Below are positions 39,933 through 48,025 of a stretch of DNA of 64,000 bases, one piece after another. The stretch covers positions 232,978 through 296,977 of the forward strand of contig CAVVCK010000002.1 in the NCBI GenBank assembly GCA_963746775.1, given 5' to 3'. The stretch comes from an uncultured bacterium. GTDB taxonomy: Bacteria; Patescibacteriota; JABMPQ01; CAVVCK01. The notes beneath the pieces were generated by a model, which did no database searches, was not told the origin of the DNA, and saw only the letters and a list, made by a program, of their open reading frames with translations. The position numbers and the translations under genes are program-made. Every line of letters begins with the position of its first letter. Within the stretch, counting starts at the first letter, position 1.

Positions 39933-40871
39933 TTATCTATTATTTTTTTTAAGCCATTGGAAAGCAGCTGTAGCTGTCACTGCTCCTGAAGCAGCAGCTG
40001 TTATAACTTGTTTCATATTACCAAAGCCATTAGTAACATCACCTGCAGCATAAATCCCTTCCACGTTAGTCTCTCCTCTACCACCAACTTTTATCAAATC
40101 ATTTTTATCCACTTCTACTCCTAGGTTAGATGCTAATCCCATAGCAGGATAAGATCCTATTTCAATAAATATACCATCAACATTTAATTCTTTTTTATCT
40201 TGGAAAGGTTTGTCTAGTTCAATCGATTTTACTATATTTTCTCCTTTTATTTTTAAAACATTAGTACTTAAAATTTCCGTAATTTTTTTATTATTTTGCA
40301 TTCTCTCTATCCAAACAGGTTCTGCTTTATCATAATTATCTTTTCTATAAATTAAATATACTTGCTTTCCTTGCTCTGCTAAAAGTAGAGCGGCTGTCAC
40401 AGCAGAATTACTTCCTCCAACTACTGCCACTGTCTTATCTCGGAAAAAAGCAGCATCACAAGTAGCACAATAACTCACTCCTTTGCCTAAAAATTCCTTT
40501 TCCCCTTCTATGTTTAATTTTCTCCTTTGCGTGCCTGAAGATAATATTACGCTTTTTGCTCTATATTCACCCTTCTCTGTTACTAAAACAAATATATCAC
40601 CTTCTCTTTTTGCGCCTTGTACTTCTTCTTGTCTAAATTCAACCTGTTCTTTATATTCTTCCAAATGCTCTTTGAACTTCATCATCAAATCAAAGCCATT
40701 AATAGATTTATAACCTGGATAATTTTCTACTAGATGAGCTGTAATACAAGTACCACCAATGTCTTTTGATAAAATCAGAGCCTTCATACGATAACGACCG
40801 GCATAAATACCAGCCGACATCCCAGCTGGGCCAGCTCCTATTATTACTAAATCATATGTTTCTTTTTCCAT
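39933..40871 (-). CDS. trxB: Thioredoxin-disulfide reductase
   Basis: YDLVIIGAGPAGMSAG FAD motif, CATCDA redox-active disulfide, second GG NAD(P) motif. Confidence 0.85.
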   Translation of the reverse strand: MEKETYDLVIIGAGPAGMSAGIYAGRYRMKALILSKDIGGTCITAHLVENYPGYKSINGFDLMMKFKEHLEEYKEQVEFRQEEVQGAKREGDIFVLVTEKGEYRAKSVILSSGTQRRKLNIEGEKEFLGKGVSYCATCDAAFFRDKTVAVVGGSNSAVTAALLLAEQGKQVYLIYRKDNYDKAEPVWIERMQNNKKITEILSTNVLKIKGENIVKSIELDKPFQDKKELNVDGIFIEIGSYPAMGLASNLGVEVDKNDLIKVGGRGETNVEGIYAAGDVTNGFGNMKQVITAAASGAVTATAAFQWLKKNNR

Positions 40872-41187
40872 TTTTTTAGAAATTAATTAAAAACAACCCT
40901 ATATTAGAGGATCGTTAAATTTTTACTTATAAATAATAACAAATTATAGAAAATACATCAATACACTTATTTTCTCTAAAAAATAATCAAAAAGCCGCAA
41001 GTTAGATTCACCACAGAAGACTTATTCGAATAGCAATATAGAATTGAGGAGAGAGATTTTTTCCTTTTTACAGGAAAAATTCTGTATATACTATTTGATC
41101 TACTGTAATAGAATTTTCTACTAACTTGCGACTTTCTGAAAAGAATTTTTCTTTCTATTTAAATTATACAATAATATTGATTTTATG

Positions 41188-42384
41188 TCAAAATACAGGG
41201 GTAGGTTTCATAGTTTCTGTAGCTCTTTCTTTGCTATTGCTACTAGAATGCCTGGGGAAAATTATTAAAAGATCAGCTTCTTCTAAAGTATACATAAAAT
41301 CATTATTACCTACCCAACTTATTGTACGACCTTCTATATTGTCTTCCTGATCATATTCGTATTTGACAACTGCCGCATCTCCGTATTTATTTCTATAATC
41401 AATCAAACTTGCCTCCATATTACCTTCATTTCCCCTGTATATCGGCCAAATATATGCTACCCCATCTTTTTTTAATAATCTATCAATTTCATCCCAATAA
41501 ACATCAAATTCTCTTTTTTCCATAACTGGAAACATATGAGTGGAAATAGACCAAGAAGCAATTAATCTATCAAATTGCTTATCTTCAAAAGGCATATCTG
41601 GAAAAGCAGCTTTTACCATTTCCGCTTGCTTATATTTTTTAATAAATCTGTATTCTTGTACTAAATTCTTTATTATTCTTTCTTTTTGCTCTTCAGTAAT
41701 TCCTCTATTTTTAATCATTTCTTCTTCAATCGCTGGCTCAATTACTTTTTTTACTAGATATATATCAGCAAAACCTCTTTGTAATTTATTCACATCATAC
41801 CATAAATTTTTTAAATCATTTTCAGAATCACCCATATCACTGCTATGTTCTTTTTTCTCTTTATTAATTAGTTCTACTATATAACCAGAAAGTTCAGAAA
41901 GCTTTGGATAATTTTCAATTTCTAAATTTGTCATTAACTCTTTCAGTTGTTCTTGCGCCAAATTTATTGCAGTAACTAAACCTTTTCTATTATTAATAAG
42001 TCTATTGCAGAATACTTCAATATTTTTAATATAATCTTCTGCTTTTTTTAAAAATTCCTCTTCATTATACTGAAATTCAGCTTCTTCTCCTAATTCATAA
42101 TCTACATTCGTAACACCCTCTAAATCAAGTGTTTGCCAGGGATCACCAATATTTAATATTTTTCCATCTTCTGGAAATAATTCTTCACGAGCTACTCCTG
42201 ATTCTAAGACATAATCTTCTACCTTTCTACCAGTTAATGCTTTTTGTTCCTTATCTACAATTTCTATTGATCTTATTATTCTTTTTTTTATTCTATCCAA
42301 AATATCTTTATCAGCCTCTTCTATCTGATTGTTAATATCTCTTCTAACATCTTTTTCTGGAACTTTTCTTCCAAATCCTTCCAT
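41188..42384 (-). CDS. Hypothetical protein (398 aa, acidic, no family recognised)
   Basis: Long ORF with consistent local codon usage; coiled-coil-rich N-half, globular C-half. Confidence 0.4.
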   Translation of the reverse strand: MEGFGRKVPEKDVRRDINNQIEEADKDILDRIKKRIIRSIEIVDKEQKALTGRKVEDYVLESGVAREELFPEDGKILNIGDPWQTLDLEGVTNVDYELGEEAEFQYNEEEFLKKAEDYIKNIEVFCNRLINNRKGLVTAINLAQEQLKELMTNLEIENYPKLSELSGYIVELINKEKKEHSSDMGDSENDLKNLWYDVNKLQRGFADIYLVKKVIEPAIEEEMIKNRGITEEQKERIIKNLVQEYRFIKKYKQAEMVKAAFPDMPFEDKQFDRLIASWSISTHMFPVMEKREFDVYWDEIDRLLKKDGVAYIWPIYRGNEGNMEASLIDYRNKYGDAAVVKYEYDQEDNIEGRTISWVGNNDFMYTLEEADLLIIFPRHSSSNSKERATETMKPTPVF

Positions 42385-42465
42385 TTATTTTATTAAATTA
42401 ATAAATATTAAAAAATAATTTCTATGGAATTATTATATTAAAAAATACAATTTGATATTAACATA

Positions 42466-42507
42466 CAGGGGCGGTAGGAATCGAACCTACGTCGCTGGTT
42501 TTGGAGA
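42466..42507 (-). tRNA. 3' portion (nt 31-73) of a split tRNA-Trp(CCA)
   Basis: Minus strand TCTC-CAAA-ACCAG-CGAC-GTAGG-TTCGATT-CCTAC-CGCCCCT-G; anticodon-stem 3' strand ACCAG and acceptor 3' strand CGCCCCT complement the 5' portion at 42978..43010. Confidence 0.6.
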
Positions 42508-42562
42508 CATCTGCCTAGAGCACTAGGCAGATGAGCCATCTGCCTAGAGCACTAGGCAGATG
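42508..42562. repeat. Two tandem copies of a 26-bp perfect palindrome CATCTGCCTAGAGCACTAGGCAGATG
   Basis: 11-bp arms plus 4-nt centre; copies at 42508..42533 and 42537..42562 separated by AGC; directly abut anticodon nt TCTC of the tRNA fragment. Confidence 0.8.
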
Positions 42563-42584
42563 AGACCAGCATCACATTATTAAA

Positions 42585-42854
42585 CTATTTTTTATCTTTT
42601 AATTCCAACCTCTTCATTAAACCGTAATATGCAGAACCGCTATTCTTTAATGATTTCTCTCGTTTTAAAGCTAAGTATTTATCATTAAATGATTCATAAT
42701 AAATAAGCTTAATTGGCAAATATTTTTTAGTACTTTTTACCATCCCTTTCTGATGGCTATCAATTCTTTTCTTTAAGTCACTAGAATATCCGATATAGTA
42801 TTTTCTATTTGGCCTTTTTATTTTAAGAATATATACATAAAACATAATCTTCAT
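42585..42854 (-). CDS. GIY-YIG nuclease-domain protein (UPF0213/YhbQ-like, 89 aa)
   Basis: FYVYILKIKRPNRKYYIGYSSDLKKRIDSHQKG...IKLIYYESFNDKYLALKREKSLK; start codon 1 nt after the 3' end of tRNA-Trp. Confidence 0.75.
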   Translation of the reverse strand: MKIMFYVYILKIKRPNRKYYIGYSSDLKKRIDSHQKGMVKSTKKYLPIKLIYYESFNDKYLALKREKSLKNSGSAYYGLMKRLELKDKK

Positions 42855-42855
42855 A

Positions 42856-42926
42856 CAGGAGCGGTAGGAATCGAACCTACACCTCCGGTTTTGGAGACCG
42901 GAATTCTACCACTAAACTACGCTCCC
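42856..42926 (-). tRNA. tRNA-Trp(CCA), intact
   Basis: GGGAGCG-TA-GTTT-AGTGGTA-GAAT-T-CCGGT-CTCCAAA-ACCGG-AGGT-GTAGG-TTCGATT-CCTAC-CGCTCCT-G. Confidence 0.8.
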
Positions 42927-42952
42927 CTTTTAATAATTTTTAGTTTTGGAGC

Positions 42953-42978
42953 CATCTGCCTAGGGCACTAGGCAGATG
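42953..42978. repeat. Third copy of the 26-bp palindrome (CATCTGCCTAGGGCACTAGGCAGATG)
   Basis: One centre substitution relative to the tandem pair; again inserted after anticodon nt 34 of a tRNA-Trp 5' portion. Confidence 0.8.
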
Positions 42979-43010
42979 AGACCAGCATTCTACCACTAGA
43001 CCACGCCCCC
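42978..43010 (-). tRNA. 5' portion (nt 1-34) of the split tRNA-Trp(CCA)
   Basis: Minus strand GGGGGCG-TG-GTCT-AGTGGTA-GAAT-G-CTGGT-CTC; complements the 3' portion at 42466..42507 in acceptor and anticodon stems. Confidence 0.6.
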
Positions 43011-43192
43011 ATGCACTAAATACCAAAATACAAAAAACAAACTACAAAAATATATTATTGATTTTTATAATTTCTAATTTAGAATTTGTAATTTGTTTGG
43101 AAATTGATTATTGAAAATTGGAAATTTTTAACCAATTTCCTTATATGTACATTTAAAATAAATTGAAGCTTGGCTAGTGCGTCTATTTCGTT

Positions 43193-43348
43193 TCCTTATG
43201 TACCGTATGTTTCTTACAAAACTTGCAATATTTCTTTAATTCCAGCCTTTCTTTCAAAATCTTTTTATTTTTATGAGAATGATAGTTGATATTATGACAT
43301 TCCGTACATTCAAATTTTATCAGATTGTCTTGTGACATATTTTTTTAA
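43193..43348 (-). CDS. rpmG: 50S ribosomal protein L33
   Basis: Minus-strand [54 protein letters not shown] (51 aa; CxxC...CxxC zinc ribbon); below the ORF-track size cutoff. Confidence 0.75.
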
Positions 43349-43530
43349 CTTATTAAATAATTTTATTAATACTATAACTAAAATCCCTATTTAGCAACCT
43401 TATTTCAGAACATATGAAAAATTTTACTTTAGAATATTTATAGAAAAATTTTTCGAACGTTCCAAGACTCAGATATTAAACAAAATCACCTGATTTAAAC
43501 ACTTTTAAATAGAAATCCTAATATAACAAG

Positions 43531-44427
43531 TCATTTCACAAACTTCAAATATTGTATTATCCATATCCCGCCTTCTCCTTCTTTAACTGGCTGTCTTAAA
43601 TAAACCTTATATTCAGAATTCAGATGATTAACTTTCATATAAACTTCGCTATTATTTTTAGATACTATTACACTTTTTATATCTTCCAGATCATATCTAA
43701 ACATATTAGCAATATCATGATTCGTCGTCTCTATGGGATCAAGCCGCCATAAATCATTTCCATTATCAATTGATTGCTGCATACCCTGCATTGTATCCTT
43801 GCTTACTGGAAAATAAAATATTTCAGTGGATTTAAAAGTTTTCTGCCATTCACCATCTTTATTCTTCTCATAGTATTGCAAGGGTCTATCTATAAATGGA
43901 TCATTGCCTTCATTCAATTCCCATATAAAATTATTGGGAGTAAAATCAGCAATTCTTGAACAATTAACAGTTTCGCTTGATTTGACACAATAAACTAAAA
44001 TACGACCCAAGGCATGATCATCGTTATATTCAACATAGAAATTACTATTATTTACAAAAGAAAATTTATTAATGGTCCACTCTGGATCATTGTTAGATAA
44101 AAATGGAGTTAATTGATTTATGTTGTTTTCTGTATAATCAATAAATTCTTTTCTTAAATTATCATCTACGGTTTCAACTTCTCCCTCTCGGTTATAAATA
44201 TCAGAATTTAAAACATTTTCTTTGTTTAAATCTAAATATTTTTGATTAGTATTAATAATATTTTTAGATTTTTCTTGATAAATTTTTAATGAAAAATAAA
44301 ATAAAATACCTAAAATTATGAGGCACAAAATAACTATTAATATTTTACCTGCTTTTTTCATCTTGATCTTATTTATAAATACGAACCACAAAATTAAACA
44401 ACTATCTACAGTGACCACTAAATCCAC
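43531..44427 (-). CDS. Hypothetical membrane-anchored/secreted protein
   Basis: Probable true start at MKKAGKILIVILCLIILGILF signal-anchor; no family recognised. Confidence 0.4.
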   Translation of the reverse strand: MDLVVTVDSCLILWFVFINKIKMKKAGKILIVILCLIILGILFYFSLKIYQEKSKNIINTNQKYLDLNKENVLNSDIYNREGEVETVDDNLRKEFIDYTENNINQLTPFLSNNDPEWTINKFSFVNNSNFYVEYNDDHALGRILVYCVKSSETVNCSRIADFTPNNFIWELNEGNDPFIDRPLQYYEKNKDGEWQKTFKSTEIFYFPVSKDTMQGMQQSIDNGNDLWRLDPIETTNHDIANMFRYDLEDIKSVIVSKNNSEVYMKVNHLNSEYKVYLRQPVKEGEGGIWIIQYLKFVK

Positions 44428-44482
44428 TCCATCCGTAACATTAAAAATAGCGGATAAGGCGGATTGTTGCGGATAGGCGGAA
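44421..44482. repeat. Array of GCGGAT hexamers (8-10-bp spacing) preceded by inverted ATCCAC/ATCCGT
   Basis: aatccactccatccgtaac ... aGCGGATaagGCGGATtgttGCGGATagGCGGAaaaa; same motif (as ATCCGC) clustered at 32849..32886 and 33411..33471. Confidence 0.6.
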
Positions 44483-44571
44483 AAAATATAAAGAATCTTG
44501 TAATCAGCATTTACAATGAAATTCTATCATAATAAAAAAATGTAAACAATCATTTTGTTTACATTTTTTTA

Positions 44572-44643
44572 AGCCACCCGTCGGATTCGGACCGACGACC
44601 TACTGTTTACAAAACAGTTGCTCTACCACTGAGCTAGGGTGGC
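44572..44643 (-). tRNA. tRNA-Thr(TGT)
   Basis: GCCACCC...ACTGTTTTGTAAACAGT (anticodon UGU)...GGTCCGAATCC...GGGTGGCT. Confidence 0.8.
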
Positions 44644-44729
44644 GAATTGCTAAAAATATAAAATATTAAAAAAATAAAAATTTATTTCTTTTCATTTTTT
44701 ATATTATTTTATTTTTATATTTTTACTAT

Positions 44730-44812
44730 TGGGCCGGGCAGGATTTGCACCTGCGTAGACCGAAGCCAGCAGATTTACAGTCTGCCCCATTTGACTACTT
44801 TGGTACCGACCC
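44730..44812 (-). tRNA. tRNA-Tyr(GTA) with long variable arm
   Basis: GGGTCGG...GCAGACTGTAAATCTGC (anticodon GUA)...long variable arm...GCAGGTGCAAATCCTGC-CCGGCCC-A. Confidence 0.7.
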
Positions 44813-44824
44813 ATATTTTTAAAA

Positions 44825-44897
44825 AGCCCACCATCGGATTTGAACCGACGACCTACTCCTTACCATGGAGTTGCTCTACCAACTGAGCTAAGTGGGC
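44825..44897 (-). tRNA. tRNA-Thr(GGT)
   Basis: GCCCACT...ACTCCATGGTAAGGAGT (anticodon GGU)...GGTTCAAATCC...GGTGGGCT. Confidence 0.8.
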
Positions 44898-44919
44898 CTA
44901 GACAACAGCAGTAGCTATA

Positions 44920-45564
44920 CTACCCTTTTAAGAAATTTAACTTATCTAATTCTTCAATAGCTTCACTATCATTAGGATCTATTTTTAAAACCTGTTCATA
45001 AGAAGCTATGGCATCTTTTTTATTGTATTGTTTGGCATATAATCTACCCAATCCTTTGTAAGCTCTTATATTTTTAGAGTCCACTTTTACTACCTCTATA
45101 TAATTACTTTCTGCTTCTTTGTAATTACCGCTGCCTAATTTCTCAGCCGCCTCTTCTAATAAATCAATGACCTTCTTTTCTTCTTCACTTTCTTTTTTAA
45201 TTTCATCGCTAGGCTCATTTTCAGTTTTTTCTTTAACTGTTTTACCCTGATTCAAATCAAGCTTATCTTTAACCAATCCTGACAATAAATCATTTTCATC
45301 TTTTTTATTAATTTTAGTCTTTTCTTTTCTGGCTTTTTTAATACCTGAAAAAATACCTTTAACTATAGACACACTAAATATTCTCAAACGTTTTCCAATA
45401 TATTTTAAAACAGATAATATTCTAGCACCTATAGTCTCTTCTTTATTTCCTTTATCTAGTTCTTTTTGGCTATATTTCGAAGCTTCAGGAAATTTCTTAA
45501 TAATTATGACAATAATAATAACAATAGCAACTAAAATTATAATCTGTGGAATAAAACTAAACAT
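44920..45564 (-). CDS. TPR-repeat protein with N-terminal TM anchor
   Basis: N-terminal hydrophobic segment; C-terminal YIEVVKVDSKNIRAYKGLGRLYAKQYNKKDAIASYEQVLKIDPNDSEA TPR units. Confidence 0.5.
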   Translation of the reverse strand: MFSFIPQIIILVAIVIIIVIIIKKFPEASKYSQKELDKGNKEETIGARILSVLKYIGKRLRIFSVSIVKGIFSGIKKARKEKTKINKKDENDLLSGLVKDKLDLNQGKTVKEKTENEPSDEIKKESEEEKKVIDLLEEAAEKLGSGNYKEAESNYIEVVKVDSKNIRAYKGLGRLYAKQYNKKDAIASYEQVLKIDPNDSEAIEELDKLNFLKG

Positions 45565-45578
45565 ATATTACTTATTAT

Positions 45579-46391
45579 TTAAGCTTTTTTCTTATTTTTC
45601 CAATTAATTTCATCTATTTTAAAATTTTCTCTTTTATCTTCTTTATCTAATCTCACTTGTACTTCTTGTTTCAAAATATTTCGAGATATTACTCGTCCTC
45701 GTCCACTCTTAGTAATAACATCCTCTCCCATCTCTGGCATCCCCACAGCTAGTGCCTTATAGGTTTTTGCTTCATAGGAGAGACAGCACATTAAACGGCC
45801 GCAACAACCTGACAATCTATCACTACCCCGATGTTCCATTTGCTGAACTCTGGCAGTATCTAGTGTAATACTTTCAAATTCTTTTAAAAATTTAGCACAG
45901 CATAATTTCCGACCGCAAATGCCATAATCACCTATTTTAGCGGCTGCATCACGAGAACCAATTTGTTGTAATCTGACTGACTTTTGAAAATTTCTGGTTA
46001 AATCTTTAACTAGTTCCCGAAAATCAATTCTAGCATCAGCTGTGAAATAGAAAGTAACTCTCGATCCATCAAAGGCAAAATGTGCATCAACTAATTTCAT
46101 TACCAACCCTAATCGGCTGACTGACTGACGACAATAATTTACCGCTTCTTCAACTTTTTTATCATATTTTTCAATCTTTTCCAGATCAGTTGTGGTAGCT
46201 ACCCGTAAAACTGGTTTTATTTTTTCACTACTTTCTTCTTCATCCTTTTTCTCAATAGAGGCAACAACACCCGACTCTGTACCCATTTCAGTATCTACTA
46301 TTACAATATCCCCCAATTTTAAATCTAGGCCTGCCGCATCAAAATCATAATTCTTGTCTTGATTATGGAAACGAACACCAGCAACTATCAT
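45579..46391 (-). CDS. ricT: PSP1 C-terminal-domain protein (RicT/YaaT family)
   Basis: VAGVRFHNQDKNYDFDAAGLDLKLGDIVIVDTEMGTESGVV N-terminal motif and Cys-rich GICGRKLCCAKF...SGCCGRLMCCLSYE. Confidence 0.7.
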   Translation of the reverse strand: MIVAGVRFHNQDKNYDFDAAGLDLKLGDIVIVDTEMGTESGVVASIEKKDEEESSEKIKPVLRVATTTDLEKIEKYDKKVEEAVNYCRQSVSRLGLVMKLVDAHFAFDGSRVTFYFTADARIDFRELVKDLTRNFQKSVRLQQIGSRDAAAKIGDYGICGRKLCCAKFLKEFESITLDTARVQQMEHRGSDRLSGCCGRLMCCLSYEAKTYKALAVGMPEMGEDVITKSGRGRVISRNILKQEVQVRLDKEDKRENFKIDEINWKNKKKA

Positions 46392-46410
46392 ATATTAAAT
46401 TTGCTAATAA

Positions 46411-47115
46411 TTAAATTTGAACTTTAGTTCCTATTGTTTCATCTTTAGTAGCTTGCACTATACTTCCTTCTTTTGTCACATTAAATACTATAATTGGTAA
46501 ACTATTTTCTTCAGCCAAGGAAAAAGCTGTCATATCCATTACCCCTAATTTTTTCGATATTGCTTCCTTAAAAGTTAGCTTATCGTATTTTTTAGCGTCC
46601 TTGTTTTTACTTGGATCATCATTATACACCCCGTCTACATTAGTTCCTTTTAAAACTATTTCACACTCGTTTTGCAAGGCGTGCAGGACTGCTCCGGTAT
46701 CAGTTGTAAAATATTGATTACCTGTACCACCACCAATTATTATGATATTATCTTTTATACATTCAGCTACTTTTCTAGGACTGTAATAATCAAGCATAGC
46801 TGGAATTTTAACTGGACTGAATGCTCTAGCCATCCCCTTATTATTATTAATTGCTTCTTCTAGATTTATCGCATTCATTACTGAGCCAAGCATCCCCATT
46901 GAATCAGCTACGTTTCTATTAATTCCAGGCTGCGCAGATTTCCAGCGATAAATATTGCCGCCGCCAATTTCTACAATAATTTCCACACCAAAATTTTTAA
47001 CTTCAACCAATTCTTGAGCTATTCTTTTTAAAACCCTTGAATCAACACCAAAATCATATTGACCCATCAGTATTTCTCCAGAGAGTTTTAGAAGAATACG
47101 CTTGTATGTAGACAT
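46411..47115 (-). CDS. pyrH: UMP kinase
   Basis: YKRILLKLSGE...GGGNIYRW...amino-acid-kinase fold; 234 aa. Confidence 0.9.
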   Translation of the reverse strand: MSTYKRILLKLSGEILMGQYDFGVDSRVLKRIAQELVEVKNFGVEIIVEIGGGNIYRWKSAQPGINRNVADSMGMLGSVMNAINLEEAINNNKGMARAFSPVKIPAMLDYYSPRKVAECIKDNIIIIGGGTGNQYFTTDTGAVLHALQNECEIVLKGTNVDGVYNDDPSKNKDAKKYDKLTFKEAISKKLGVMDMTAFSLAEENSLPIIVFNVTKEGSIVQATKDETIGTKVQI

Positions 47116-47417
47116 TTTTTAATATAATAATTTATATAAAAGCTTGAGAACAATTAATAGTTGGGTATTAGAAGGTAGAATATCGTATGGAACCAAAGAC
47201 CTTTACTTTTTAATAAAATTGAAATTAGCTGTTTAGAAATAGGAAAATGGTAATGGAAATTGGAATTTAGAAATTAGTTTATTGTCTTAATTAAACTATA
47301 TTATAACGATTTTCAATTTTCTAATTTCTATTACTAATTTCTATTCTCAATACAACCAATTTCTCTGATTATCTAAACAAAACTCCTTAGTTTTATTTGA
47401 TAAATAATCGTTAATCT

Positions 47418-48005
47418 TTATATTTCATATCTCACAAATCTGCGTATTTCCATTTTTTCTCCAAATTTTGCCGATTCCTCGGTTATTAAATCTTCAATAG
47501 TTCTATCTGGATCTTTTACTAAAGATTGTTTCATTAAACTTATCTCTTCACCATGTTTCTTTAGTTTTCCTTCAATTATTTTAGCTAATATTTCTTTAGG
47601 CTTTTTTTCATCTTTTATACTCTCAGCTATTTCTTCTTTTTCTTTCTCTATCTCTTCTTCAGGAATATTATCAGGTGATACAAATTTAGGATCAGAAGCG
47701 GCTACTTGCATAGCTATTTCATGAGCTAATTTTTTAAAATCATCATTTTTTGCCACAAAATCTGTCTCACATCCCAATTCTAGTAAAACTCCAATTTTAC
47801 TATTAGTATGTATGTAAGCTTCAATAATTCCTTCCCGAGCTTCACGTCCTGCTCTCTTAGAAGCTTTAGCTACACCTTTTTTCCTTAATACTTCCATAGC
47901 TTTATCAAAATCTCCATTCGCTTCATTTAAAGCTTCTTTACAATCCATAATACCAGCACCTGTTTTTTCTCTTAACTCTTTTATGTCTAATGGTTTTATA
48001 GTCAT
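47418..48005 (-). CDS. tsf: Elongation factor Ts
   Basis: LREKTGAGIMDCKEAL UBA-like N-terminus; follows rpsB. Confidence 0.9.
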   Translation of the reverse strand: MTIKPLDIKELREKTGAGIMDCKEALNEANGDFDKAMEVLRKKGVAKASKRAGREAREGIIEAYIHTNSKIGVLLELGCETDFVAKNDDFKKLAHEIAMQVAASDPKFVSPDNIPEEEIEKEKEEIAESIKDEKKPKEILAKIIEGKLKKHGEEISLMKQSLVKDPDRTIEDLITEESAKFGEKMEIRRFVRYEI

Positions 48006-48025
48006 TTTTTATTATTAATTTGATT

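Noticed and set aside
41188-41215. ATACAGGGGTAGG near the 3' end of the 398-aa ORF as another tRNA 3' fragment (resembles ATACAGGGGCGGTAGG at the tRNA-Trp ends)
   Set aside because: Only ~10 nt match. No T-arm (GGTTCGATTCC) follows, so similarity is probably coincidental.
42466-43010. Split tRNA-Trp insert as a group I intron
   Set aside because: The insert is only ~470 bp, most of which is a tRNA gene plus a GIY-YIG ORF. No P3-P9 catalytic core elements or internal guide sequence are visible. Insertion after nt 34 with a TCTC duplication fits transposition or recombination better than self-splicing.
43020-43190. Recurrent GGAAATT/TAGAAAT words in several AT-rich spacers (also 36660..36700, 37440..37540, 47215..47400, 62230..62345) as a specific repeat family
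   Set aside because: They have low complexity and variable spacing. This is probably A-tract-rich promoter/UP-element-like DNA typical of low-GC genomes rather than a discrete element. It is worth a motif scan but is not convincing by eye.
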